The notes under the pieces: model-generated
Databases searched by the model: none
Seen by the model: only the letters and a program-made list of their open reading frames with translations
What the model was told of the DNA's origin: nothing
Position numbers and translations under genes: made by a program
DNA from: Azolla caroliniana
Taxonomy: Eukaryota > Plantae > Polypodiophyta
Length of the DNA: 64,000 nucleotides
Direction of reading: 5' to 3'
Assembly: GCA_043228905.1 (NCBI GenBank)
Contig: JBHGNT010000005.1
Span: forward strand, 5,146,001-5,210,000
In this document: positions 23,528 through 36,980 of the stretch, one piece after another
Layout: each line of letters opens with the position of its first letter
How positions within the stretch are numbered: the stretch's first letter is position 1

Positions 23528-23820
23528 TTAGATTCAATTACAAGGTGATTAGTCGTAATTAAGGGCGGTTCAGCTCTAATCACGGGATTATTAATCAGCC
23601 TCGATTACAATTTAGCTCTGGGGATTAGGTTCAATTACAAGGTGATTAGTCGTAATTAAGGGCGGTTCAGCTCTAATCACGGGATTATTAATCAGCCTCG
23701 ATTACAATTTAGCTCTGGGGATAGGTTCAATTACAAGGTGATTAGTCGTAATTAAGGGCGGTTCAGCTCTAATCACGGGATCATTAATCAGCCTCGATTA
23801 CAATTAGCGCTGGGGATTAA
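23528..23820. repeat. Three tandem copies of a 96-97-bp unit directly upstream of the SOSEKI ATG
   Basis: TTCAATTACAAGGTGATTAGTCGTAATTAAGGGCGG at 23533, 23630 and 23726. Confidence 0.95.
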
Positions 23821-23861
23821 GGGATCAAAAGAGCGGTGAAGCCCATAATTATTTTGGGGGG

Positions 23862-26654
23862 ATGGCCACCAATGCAGAGGAGACTGATGTAAAGAAAGCG
23901 TCATTCTCATTGTCGTCGTCATCGTCCTCCTCCTTATCCTCAAAAGATCCGACGGCTCAGAACTCGTGGCCGGCATCAGATCAGAATCGGACGGTCCGGA
24001 TCGTCTACTATCTGAGCAGAGGCGGTCTGCTTGAGCAGCCTCATTTGCTTGAAGTACCCCTCTCTTCACCTCAATCCGGCCTCACTCTTAGAGGTATATA
24101 TATATATATATATATATATATCATGAATTCTAATTATATAATCTAAACATTTTACAAAACCTGCAGGTGTGATGATAATCACATCCTTAATCATCCCACC
24201 AAAGGTTTAATGAACCAAGGTCTTTAATTATTTCAGATATTATATATTCTGCAGTGATCCGTAATCTCCGTGATTTTTTATTTCTAAGCTGCAGATTTTG
24301 ATTATTGATTATTGATTTCTAAGCTACAGATTTTGATTATTGATTTTGATTTCTAGGCTGCAGATTTTGATTATTGATTATTGATCTCTAAGCTACAGAT
24401 TTTGATTTCTAGGCTGCAGATTTTGATTATTGATTATTGATTATTGAGCAGATGTGAAGAAGAAGCTGATGAGCATTCGGGGCAAAGCCATGCCTGCTGC
24501 ATTCGCATGGTCCTACAAGAGGTAAGGAAGGACGCCCCCATCTCAATTAAAGTATGAAAATTTTCCTGTCTAATGCTCCAAGAATTAAAATTAATCTTCC
24601 ATGGATGAATTCAGAAGCTACAGGAATGGGTATGTGTGGCAAGATCTGTGTGGAGATGGCGACCTAATCTTCCCTCCTGCTGCAAATCAGAGTGAATACA
24701 TAATCAAAGGATGCAAGCTCAGCCACAGTTACACTTGTATCAGCAAATCAGAAGAAGAAGAAGAAGAAGATGATGATGATGATGATGATGGAGAATTAGT
24801 TGATCAAGATCAAGAATTAGGTCAGGACCATCATCAACACAGGAGTTTATATAGCGATGGCATTAGGAATGGTAAGGATAAATATCATATTAAGAATTCG
24901 GTTGACGAAGACTACGACGATGATCATCGATTGAGTAGCGGAAGTAAATCGAATATTATCAATAGTCCATTAAATCTCTCGAGGAGGAGGAATCGCAGGC
25001 TCTCCGGTGCAAATCCTGAAGTTATTATGGTGAAGAGTAGTGATGCTGCCACCCAAACAGAGGAAGAATTGGCTGCTCTCATCAACAATAATAGCAGTAG
25101 TGATAATAGCAAGATGATTTTGAGGATGAATAACATGACCAGTAATGAGAGCATTAGTCAGTGTATTAATGCTGCCAATGGTATGAATAATCAGCGTATT
25201 AATCCAACGATTAGAGCCACGGGATTTAATCATTCCAATAATCATCATCATCATCGTCATTATGATCCAACGAGGCATGTAATGATGCCATCTCCGTCAT
25301 CGCCATCGCCACGTGGCCCGACAGTTAAAAGACATGAGAATCGGACCGATGAAATATCGAACGAGGTCGATGTAATATCAAGAAAATTAGGGCAAATTAA
25401 TACTGCAATGCCATCATCTTCTACCCCTAATACTGCATTAAATTGCTCTAACACAGGAGGAGCATCATCTAGTAGTAGCAATCATCGGATGATTGATCAA
25501 GGATCATCATCTAGGATTAGCAATCATCGGATCGATGAAACCTACAGGTCTTCTTCTAATTATTTGTCGAGGTATGGGAGGTCGGATCACGATCGAGATG
25601 AAATGATTTATAATGGCAAGGGAGGAGGAGTAGTCCTCATGAATCATCTGCAATCGGCTGCTACTACACGTAATTATAATTATAATTCTCCGAAGCCAGC
25701 TATAAGTCTGGCTAATGGCCAACACAATAATGCAAAAACTTTGGGTAATTGCTATCTACAGGAGAGCCAAGATGAGAAGAAATTTGTAAGCAGTGGTGAT
25801 GGTGAATATTTAGTTACATTGAGCCCAAACAGCCTTGAACAGAAATGCAATAAGCTATGCAACAATTCATTGGGTAATTTACTGCACAATTGGGTCTCAT
25901 CATGTGGTGGGATTATAAACAGCCTTGAAGATCAAGTAAAGAATCAACAGCCAATTCGTTACGATACCAGCATAATGAAGCATTTTGTCAATGACAGTTA
26001 TGATTGTAACAAGCCTTATGGGATTAATGACATGGCCTGTAATAATACTAATACTGCTAGCAAGAGGTTCTCTTTCAAGGGCATCAAAGGCTTCCACAAT
26101 ATGATTAGTGTGCTAATTAAGAAGGATCATTATTATAATCACAATGTGGTTGGGGATTCTAAGGCTACTAATGATGGGCGATTTGACGTCTGTAATCGTA
26201 ATCACGTTGTTATTAATGGTGATGACAATTGCGGTACGAGCTCAAGAAGGTTTTCCATCGGTGAGCTAATCAGAGCTGCTGATGATAGCCCTTTGAGGTA
26301 CTAAAGCCGGATATAGTTTATTGAAATTTCAATTCTTCATTCATTCATTCATTCACATACAATAATCTTACTCAATTAATTAATTTAATCTTCTTTTCTC
26401 TCTTCAAAATGATCAGCTATAAGTTCCCAATTCCTTATTTAGGACATTGTAATGTGGTTTATTTGGATCATTTATTTATTTAAAGCGGAATGTATCGAAT
26501 CATATTGAATACTACAAGTGTCTTAATCAATCTTAATTATCTGTGCAGGAGCTCGAGTGGCAGCCTTACAGATCAATATTTCTTCATGAGGTCATGTCAT
26601 GATGATGACCATCGCAATAATAAGGACATAATGAACATCAAGATGAAGTCATGA
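23862..26654 (+). CDS. SOK: SOSEKI / UPSTREAM OF FLC (DUF966) DIX-like domain polarity protein. Exons 23862-24093, 24452-24521, 24615-26297 and probably 26549-26654
   Basis: Spliced DIX-like domain RIVYYLSRGGLLEQPHLLEV...LTLR|DVKKKLMSIRGKAMPAAFAWSYKR|SYRNGYVWQDL...EYIIKG, with phase-consistent GT-AG introns; DAATQTEE motif; CG motif LLHNWVSSCG. The last exon is inferred from phase only; alternatively the ORF stops at 26304. Confidence 0.88.
24283..24447. repeat. Minisatellite CTA(A/G)GCT(G/A)CAGATTTTGATT(ATTG)n in SOSEKI intron 1
   Basis: About five degenerate copies running up to the splice acceptor at 24450-24451. Confidence 0.85.
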
Positions 26655-26668
26655 GTAGAATGGGAGAT

Positions 26669-26669
26669 G

Positions 26670-26713
<44 letters not shown>

Positions 26714-26930
26714 CACTCAATTATCTGAAACCTGATTAGGAATAATTAATTAAGTCCATAAATCAACCTAGATTTAATATACTAATGCTCTAATTAATTC
26801 TCTTAATTAAGTGGCAGCGTGTATATATATATATATACAGTGCCACTTAATTATCTTAAACCTGATTAGGAATCCTTAATTAAGCCCACAAATCAACCTA
26901 ATTAATATACTAATAGCCGTAATTAATATA
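26669..26930. repeat. Tandem duplication of (TA)n plus a ~110-bp unit with short inverted ends
   Basis: TGCCACT(C/T)AATTATCT.AAACCTGATTAGGAAT occurs twice; the first unit is closed by TAATTAAGTGGCA. Confidence 0.75.
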
Positions 26931-27603
26931 TGAATCAAAACCACCCACATCTTAAGCTTAGATCAAACCCAACAAAAAAAATGTATTGGAAGGTGGTGGT
27001 CATGATTGGTCTAAAGTTTTTAACTTTTTTGTTTTCCATAATATGATGGTCAACTCTCCAATATATTGTAAGTTGTAACTATAGAACCGAGTAAAAACCT
27101 ATCCATGAAGTGTTTGATTGATCTAATTTCATGGTTGATTGAAATCAATATTCCGTGTTTCACTTCGATTTTGGTAATGTGCGTGTGCGTGTTATTACTT
27201 GCAATGTGCATGTCGATCAAATCGAAGGACGATTTTTCTCAGAACCAATTCAATGATATGTTTCCTTAGGATATAAATTACTTCAATGAAATGCTTTCAA
27301 AGTGTAGGGATCATCCTTAGCTTCAACACCAAAGATAGATAGGGCGTTGTATCTAGGGGAGAGCATGGAAGTAATTGAATGCCTGCTATATACACCTCTC
27401 TTGGGTTTTGTTCATTCCTATTGAAGTGTACATACATATAGAAATGAAGACTTTCGGAAGTGACGTGTTTCTCAAATCCTACCACTGGGTTGCTCAATAG
27501 TGAACACTCATGGACTTTCGGCTAGAGATTTTGTTGGGGTACACTCATAGACTTTCGGAAAGGGATTTTGTTGGGGGTACCTTATAAGTGTGTGAGTGAG
27601 TGA

Positions 27604-27636
<33 letters not shown>

Positions 27637-30600
27637 TGTGTGTGTAGTGCTTGTAGGTGGAATGTGCCTATGTGTGACAAAACCCATCAAGTTATTGTCG
27701 TGTGTGAAATTGACCACTTGCACCATCAAGAAGTACACACACTGAATACATATCTTGACTGGATTGCTTTCAATGTGACCAAGGATACATCCATCGTGTC
27801 ACGACTCACAATGCTTATCGTACTTCTAATACACGATTTCACATGTAAAATATCTTACAAGCTATGAATAATGAATGCATCTTAGTGGAAATAATGAGCC
27901 TTAGCACCCTTACTATTACCGGATCTCTATGTTACTTTTAATTATCAATTAGGGATGTGTGCAATTGTCGACCATAGAGAATGCCCTGACCATGTTTGAA
28001 ACCGACCCTAGTATTATGTGTCAATCCCTCCAAGGCAATCCAAACAAGGAGAGGAGAGTTATGATGATGATGTATTAATGTTACGGGCTTCCGTGGTAGT
28101 AGCCTTTGGCCCACCTTAAGTATAGACAACCTGTACATATAAATGTGCATGCATGACATACTAACTTCAAGACACCCACACAACACCATTTGCTCTTATG
28201 TACCTTGGATATTCACTTTAGGCATTTGAAGATTTTGAGGTTGGTGCAATGTAGTTTGTGCATTGATGTGATCTTGGAACATCGAGCACGATCATCGTTG
28301 CATGTTCTTTTAGCTAGAGTCATTCTTGGATTGTGTTTATTTATCAAGTGATCACTAACATACCTTCCTTGTTGAGTGGTGTGTGTGTGTGTGCGTATTA
28401 TATTTTTTAGCATTCTCCTATGCTAGATTTGAGGGACAATATCAAGTGTGACAAAAATGTTGTAATAGTCTGGAAATGAGTAAGGTGTCTTGCGGATTCA
28501 CACATCTCATATTTAGTTTATTGAACTAGGCACCCCTTTTGCATGTGTAATAATCTTCCAAAGCCTTGTCATGTGCCGCACGATTTAATTAAATCTTTAT
28601 TCAAGTGAAACAAAACGAAGGTTCAAAGAGAAATAAATGCACCATGTTTTTGTTGGGGTCATTTTTGTCAAACATGTGGGTACCCTTACCTCATCAACAT
28701 GACATTGATTTGAGAAAACAAATCAAATTTCCAAGTTCTGAATGTGGACAATAGATGAGTTGTCTCGCTAGACTTGCATAAAGATGCGGCAATATCTTTG
28801 GGGAAGACATAAAAAATATACAATGAGAAATGTTAGGGTCTTTTGGGATCCACCTTTCTCTAAAATTCATAATAATGAGAAGAAGTGGTGCATGATGTGG
28901 ATCAAAGTCGAGGCCTTTTCTTACCACACTCCTACCAAAAGCTGCACATTCAAGTTTGCAAGAAATCCAAATGCCTTCAAATTCATTCACTTTTTGCCAA
29001 GTCGAATCTATTCTAGATATTGACCTATATTCTTACCTTTTCTTGGTTCACGTTCCTTCCGAAAGAACATTAGAGATCAATGTTCCTATATAGTCATGTC
29101 TTTTCTCAAATTATGTTTCTACGACAATCTTCCTCTTAAGCCATGTGAACGTTAACTCAAATGTGTATTGAGCATTATTCCTACCTTGTTTTGGTTCAAG
29201 TTGCATGGGCAGTACAACTTCTGACAATCTTTGGGATCTTTCTTACTCCTACCCAAGGTCCATGTGTTCAAACAAACAAAACTCACTTTATGAAGCTCAT
29301 TGAATAAACTATCTCATTCTTAACCATGCAGTCAATAGGACAAAAAGCTTTGCCAACTAAGGACATGTGTAATAACTCCCACACACCTAGAAGCATTAGG
29401 CCTTCACCTTTTTCTATCAACCCTTGCATCGACAATCTCTTCAATAGTAGAAACCAAACTCTTCACCATCTTACGTGTGATGTAAGGCATCAATAGCCAT
29501 AATAGCAAAGGAGAAATGACACTCTAGATAAAAGAGATAGATGTGTTCATCAAGACCATGTTTCCGACAAGTCAACCTCACATGAATATGCCACATCATC
29601 AACAAAGAACTTCTCACATAATATCATATAGAGTTAACCATGGCCCATCTGCTCCTTGGTTCCTCACTATTGTAATTGACACCATTAAGAATACTGGAGG
29701 TCTACAATACTTATGTTATGGTGAAAACATTCACCATATTGCTAGGCACTTAAATCCCCATGAAGCCGTATATTTACCTTTATTTTATGACCATTCATTT
29801 ATGTGTGCATGTGTGTGTCTCAATATATTTGTATATTTTATTGTTATTGCCATATTATTATTACATAAAGTTGGATTACTATATACTTAATTTCAAGTTT
29901 TAGCATACAAAATGTGAAGTCTTGTTACATAACTTATGGCAAGTATAAAATTGTCACAAGAGAGTCTCTTGTAGTAGGTTGTGGAGAAAACAAAATGGTT
30001 CATGCATTCTTCACGACATCACTCTGATGGCAGGTCACAACACAAAATGTATATAAAATGTGCGATTTGATTGTGTGAGGGTGGTTCATTGGGTCCACAA
30101 TGGGAAACACTCTCAGACAATAGGAAACATTGCATATCATATAGTGAGTTGTTTTTCAATCTTAGTTCCTTCATCAAGCACGTCTTCGTTATCAATTGCA
30201 AGATGACAAACGCAAATGCGGTGGAGAGTGTTTCAACAACAAACATTTCATATCAATGTCATGGGATAATATATTTGGATGTTTCCAATCATTTCCTTAA
30301 TAGATGTCACAATATTTTCACTGATGTTAGTGCAATGTTATTGAAATTTATTGCTCCTTACAACATCCTCATGTCCTTCCTCTACAAGATTATCTAGAAT
30401 GTGTCATTAAATTTCTATCATGAGCAATCACTTGCCCAAGCAAGAGAAGGTTGAGTTTTCATTTGATTGCTTCTAATATGATTGATCCATTCCATCCACT
30501 ACTTTGGGCAAATTGTTTGGGTCTCATCGTCATACCTGAAGGCTGAGGAAATGATGCAGATGCATTCATCCCAAAGTGGCATTGTAGGGAAATATTTTAC

Positions 30601-32562
30601 ACTTTTAAAATGGGGTTCCTCACATAGGATATGCCTCATGCAACCCATGAGATACATATGTTAATCACATTGCTTTTAGATTCAACAATATTTTTTCTGG
30701 ATTGGGAAATAGACAACATTAGTCTTGGAAAGGTTAGTACCTAGAATCATAAAACAAGGATTGAAGCCTCATGATGACATGTTGTCAATTGTACCTTGTC
30801 ATTCACATGTTCAATTCTTGGTGCTCTCCTTTCAAGTTTGGGATTGGTCAAGTTGCATATGTTAAAGCACACACAACATAGCAATTCTCCATCAAAAGAG
30901 GTAGTCACATCCCCATGACTTATGTATTGGAACGGAAAAGAAAACACCCTTGAGTCCATTGTATGGCAAAATTTGATTGAAGTTCGTTTTGAATGTGATG
31001 GTATATGGCACATTAAACAATGTGTAAAATGATTGTGTGACTCATTTCTCACTCTATCTTAAAGTGTTTCTTTAAGAACACATTACAAATGGAACATGTT
31101 TTTAGTGTATTGTGACTAAGGAAGGTAATAGGGACATATCCTTGCATGACAAAATGATTCAAGAGGATTTCATTTGCCTCATTAATTAGGATAACTTTAT
31201 CACCATTTTACCGGTTTTTAATGCGATGACTTTGCCCCATTTGGCATGGGGGTAAGATATGGTTTAGACCACGCAAATCACTTCATTGATTTGTTGTTGC
31301 CCCGCCATGTTAGGTTTTTATGATTATATTGGTCTTTCAAGTAGACTTGCTTGTATTTGTATGATTATATTTGTATGTTAGGTTTTTATGATTATATTTG
31401 TATGGCTTGTGCCAATTTAGAAAAGAGAATATTGCTTTTAGTTGTATTTTGCAGTTTATTTCTTTTATCCCAAGCAATGTGCCTCCACATCTTTTTATTT
31501 ATCCACATGCATGTCTTGTATAATGGGTTTGAGCCTCATTCAAAGAGCATCATCTTGAGTATGTTCCAACCCAAGATATACATCCTACCTATACCTCCAC
31601 ACTATATAACAAGGCTTGGGTTACCAATGTATTGAAATGTCTTCCACCTTATAAAGGTTACCAAGACTATTTCAATTTGAAGATGTGCTAGCTTTTTCAG
31701 CTGATTTGTCAAGTTGAAAGGTATTCATATACCCTAATTTTTCTCAATACGAATCTCAATGCATAATTGTTCGATGGACAATCTTTTTACTTGGTCTTAC
31801 TTTTCATGTATTTGGTTTTTCCTACATTCACTAACAAGCTTCTACAAGAAAGCCTATACTATGCGAAGAAAACCTTAAAGATTGTTGACATACCCTAAGA
31901 CTTGGACACCATATTATCTACATAGAACATAAGCATAACCATATGTTTGTGCATTGTTGGGCCTAAACATTTCTCACATCATGTTACTTAATGAGATATC
32001 AAGCTCAAGCACACAAATGATTGTATAACAAAATTGACCTAAACGTGTATGGCGAGTTATCAAGCTTGACCACATACTAATGTGAACACATCCTCCTTGG
32101 GGCACGTATATGCAATAGAGAATCGTTCACTTAATTAATGGGAGATAACTTATATTAAATGAAGTATATACTTTCTAGATATCTCACCCAATCTCCCATC
32201 ATACTACATTGTTACCTAATGAGTTTGTCTTTATAATCCAAGCCCCCCCCCCCCCCCCCGTTTATATTTTTACACATGGTGTATTGTGGCTTGTCTATGT
32301 CTACTTCTTTCTCATTGTGACTTGTCTATATCTATCTCTTTCTCACAAACACATATACATAGCATACACACTTTGTCACATAGAACTATATACTCCGGTT
32401 CTTTACACTACTTTCTCGATGAAATCTTTTAGATGGTCCACACACATGCCAAATAGAGGGCACATTTCCGTTACTTTGAAATTTCTTCCAAACTTCTTGA
32501 GGAATTCATGCATTGTCCACATGCATCACACTTCCCCATAAAGCCAGTCAAAATAAAGCCAA

Positions 32563-32596
<34 letters not shown>

Positions 32597-33569
32597 GATT
32601 CAACTCTCTCTCTAGATTCTCATCCATAAGGAAAAAGTGGATTAAAACCACGAGAGACGCCTATTGCCCAATGTGATCAACATAGTGATACACGTTATAA
32701 CTTATTTGCTTGTTCAAGAAATGGAAATTAGCATACCGATTGGTAAAGATAAAGTTGTGAGAAGGTAAGATGGATCGTGTTCACCCATCCCAAAGCCCAA
32801 TGAGAAACCTTATCTCACCATAGAGATCCCATGCTTCCAAAATAATGTTGTCCTTATTTGGTTGTGGAAAAGGTGACCTATTCTTTTCCCATGTGGTGTA
32901 GGTATTTAGGATTATGAGTTATTCGGCTCTTTCCATTATTTGCCTTCTCTTGTGCTCTATTTGTGAGTTGTGGGATCATGTTCTTTGTGGGCAAACCAAG
33001 CTATGGCTGATTCCTTCGTGTCCTTTCAAGGAGTGTGGAAGTGCCCTATATTTGTCCAATAGCTGATCTATGTCCCTAAAGTCCCTAGAGATTGAAACTT
33101 GAAGAACACATTTTGTCCTTGAATTGCATGTTACAATGTAATGGTCAAAACCCCTCTCTAACATATGATATCTAACTCAAATATTAGTGTAAACACTACA
33201 TCTACAAATATAATAGTCCTCTAATTCTATGTCCCTCTCACATAGTTGGCATTCTTCATATGCCATGTGGTCATCACGTGTACTCACTCAACTTGGTTAG
33301 ACTCTCATTGGACTTACATATGCACCCTTAATTGGATTATATAATAGGACCGAATCGAAAATATCACAATTCAAGCACTAATTCTAAAAAGTAGACAAAG
33401 AATACTCATCACTTGCTAACTCCATGGATTTAGTTGGTTACATTGGATTTAGCAATGAGAAAGTAGTTGATGAGTGGAGAAATGAAATGAAAATTTTAAG
33501 CTTAAAGCATCTCAACAAGATAAGAGTAAATTACAAAGTGAGCATAGATACATCAATTAAGCCCTAGAA

Positions 33570-33605
<36 letters not shown>

Positions 33606-35189
33606 GCACACACACACACATTGTCCTTTGCATTCAACTTATATAGGTTGACAAAGGTAAATACATGGATGTGTTCATCACCATTAAAACTCTCTCATTT
33701 TCCCTTGCTTGTAATTTAAAAGGTTGAGAAAGGTGAAATACAATGGAACTGCAACATTGAATGATGATTTCACCATTAAATCTCAGTACTTTCATGTTCA
33801 CTTGCATTTATGGCTGCTTAATAATTTGCACTCAACTTATAACAACTTAGTCAGACTCTCATCCTAGTCATATTCTGTCCAACAAAAGAATTTATATTAG
33901 TTTACACATCCGTGGTACACATAATAGTTGGCATAGACTACGATTGGCTATCAACATCTTCTACATGAAAGTCTCTATTCAGAGGTAATGTAAAGAGGTG
34001 TGTATCTGTCCAATGGTCGCATGTAGGCCATGCATAAGTTGTGTATCCTGACTTGTATATAGGAATGGGATGAAGAATGGTGCCAAAGAAACCAAAACTT
34101 AGTCTCCCCATGGGTTATTATCTACCCTAGGCACTTCTAAAGCCCCGCTTGTGTGTAAAAAATGACCACATATCATGGTCGGCATTGATCAATAAAGATT
34201 TGTGTCCCTTCTACGCCCATAGCTCGGCATCACAAACTTCCTAAGAGAGAACGGACAAGAACATGTTGCCAGTCAATTGTAGTTGCCAATGTCCACCCCT
34301 CTGGGCAAAGTGACACATAGAGAACCACGAACCACATCCCATCCCTAACCATGCTTCATGTTTTCTCATTTTTGAGAGGTGCCTCCCTTAAATGTTGTAC
34401 TATTAAAACTCATCTATCTCCCTCCCCCTATTGACATGAACCTCCTTTCACGGGATGTATCTCTTGGATTGTAGCCTCTCTCGTATTTTTTTGGTGAAAA
34501 GTTAAAACACACATTTATGTTAATAAATGTGTGTGAAAAAGAGTATAATGGGTACCACAATGGAGTACAATCACCACTCTAGGGGTAGCGGTATATTTTG
34601 AACTACCAATAGACAAGAAGACCACCACTCCATCGAGCAAAGAATTTCTACTTCCTCGAATAAAGAAATTTGTCACATTGTCATTCCCTTCAACTTTTGT
34701 AGATATGCTTTTGGCTCCATGCCTGCTATCAAATACAAAAGCATTGTGCTTATCCAATAATGATGCAATCCACAATATCGCCAAAATAGGAAAACAATCC
34801 CCATCTGTGATTTTGGGTCGACCTCAATGAATTGTGATTTTGTATCCTCTCTCTCTCTCTCTCTCTCTCTAAAATAGGAAAAAAAGATTGGAACATATGA
34901 TGTAAAGTACAAAAAACTAATAACAGCAAAATTCTCTCATTAGGTTGGGTGTTTGACATTATGAAATGGTTTAAGAGATGAGTTTATCAGAACTCCCATG
35001 TGATGTTATAGAGTATGTGTTCATCGAGGATAGATTACTAGAGGCACTTAGGATGAAATGATGATGAGATGCTAAAATGTCAAATTTGGAATATTACATT
35101 GCAAATATTAACCCCCAATCCCCAATACAAGGAAAAAAACGCCAAAACCTATCCAATTGCATCTCACTAACCCCATGAGCCTTCACTCT

Positions 35190-35394
35190 CAAAGAAAACC
35201 CTATGGAGGATGAATATCACTTAATTGCATGCTCAACATATAAGGCCATTCATGAGAAATATGATGGCTTGTTAAGTGTACATGATAATGTGAATGTCAT
35301 ATGCAAATTTCCACTGAGAAGGGTGAGTACATATGTGCATGCATCATTTTCACACCAAGAGTTTTTACTTAAGAGTAGAAACCCCCTTTCTTAG
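35190..35394 (+). mobile_element. Non-LTR (LINE) 3' zinc-knuckle remnant
   Basis: MEDEYHLIACSTYKAIHEKY resembles the EDExHxxxxCxxYxxxR C-terminal motif also seen at 39600-43070. Confidence 0.5.
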
Positions 35395-36980
35395 GAAGGA
35401 AGGAATCACAACAAGATGATATGTTGATTTGGGAGAAGGAAGAAATGGAAAAAACTATAGAACTCCTATGTTTTCATCCTCTTGAAAACATTGCAAATGA
35501 TTTCAAGATGTTTATTCATTCATAATTTCCTTAGACACGGTAGATTATATTAATCTTGGCATGAGTCCCAACGCAACCACAAACAAATACCGTAACAAAA
35601 TCCTCTTTGTTTTTATAGTTTCGTATACATATTACGAATGAATTATTATGTATTAAATGAACAAGAACTCAAACTCTTTAAATTTAATGAAATAAAATAA
35701 GAATCTCAACAAACTTAGGGTTGAGATCTAGCATTTTCATAACATGAGTCGCACTCTTGAAGAAAAGACACAAAACTAAAGAGCATTTGGTAAGGAGGTG
35801 CAATATTTCCCCATTTTCTTTGCACGAAAGGATTCCAAGGTCACATTTAAGGCTTTCAAATGCATCTCCAAGGTTAATCAAAAAATTGAAATCATTCCAT
35901 GGATATCCAAACAAGGTAGGTAAGTATGAAACTAGAACCTCATGAAATATTTGACAATCACATATACTCTATTGCACAAAATTTGCCTTTTCCAATTATC
36001 CTATTTCCTATGTAAATCATCTTATTAGATCAAATGTTCCTCAAAAGTCATGAAGTCAAAGATAATCTTGCCCAATCTTCCACTTCACCTTAATCTTAGG
36101 ATAAGATTGGTTTCTATCTTGCTATATTGTTTTAACCTTGAGAATCAAGATATGAAAACACGATGGTCATTATTAGAATACTTCTGAAAATGTCATGCCC
36201 ACTTTATTTGTTGGCTAGTTCTATCATTACGCAATATAAACATCCTAATGAACATGTGTACAAGCACAAGACGTCCTCATGCATCGAGAACCTAACCAAA
36301 AACTGAAAACATCATAAGAGCAAAAAGACTCATTGGCACAATTATTAGAGGACCAAAAAAATCAAAGCAGCCCAAGGTCATCTTTACTTGCAAAAATATT
36401 GTCCCAAATTCAAGATTGCATGTGCAATATGAGAGATATGGCCATAGTTGTGCTTGTCTTTCAAAGGCTTTTAGTAACCTTCACCAATGAAGAGGGGCAT
36501 GGCTTCTTTACACCTAAACGTCAGTTCATAAAGATGACATTTTCCATTGTCAAAAACTAAAATGTGACATGACAATATAGGTGAAAATAGACATTAATGT
36601 TAGTTCATAACTAAAAAGAATGTATACCCTAAATGGATGTCATGACATATTGAAGAGTCATCCCAAATAAAACACTGCCAATTTCCATTCGGAACATATA
36701 ATTGAGTATACAATCATGTGTAATGGTATGCTATGATCTTATTCATGAATGCCGAAGATACTATTACTGAATGTATCATCATATACAAAAATACGATGCA
36801 ATGGGTTTTACTCAATGTGAACATTTTCTGTTGCTTGTTAAACTCATTATCTTTTTTTAATTGGTATACCGTATACAAAAATAGCCATCTCATCTTCTGA
36901 AGATCATGGCACCATCAAATTTCTTCATGTCAAAAAATCCATAACCTGACGGGAAAAAACGGTTTGACAAAGTAACACAT

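Noticed and set aside
24601-26304. 567-aa ORF as a stand-alone novel gene
   Set aside because: It is exon 3 of SOSEKI; its ATG lies in the intron just before the acceptor at 24613-24614.
27000-36500. Possible hidden genes or DNA-transposon remnants in the SOSEKI-PUS7 interval
   Set aside because: Looks like decayed repeat-derived DNA; I could not assign a family or build a spliced model by eye.
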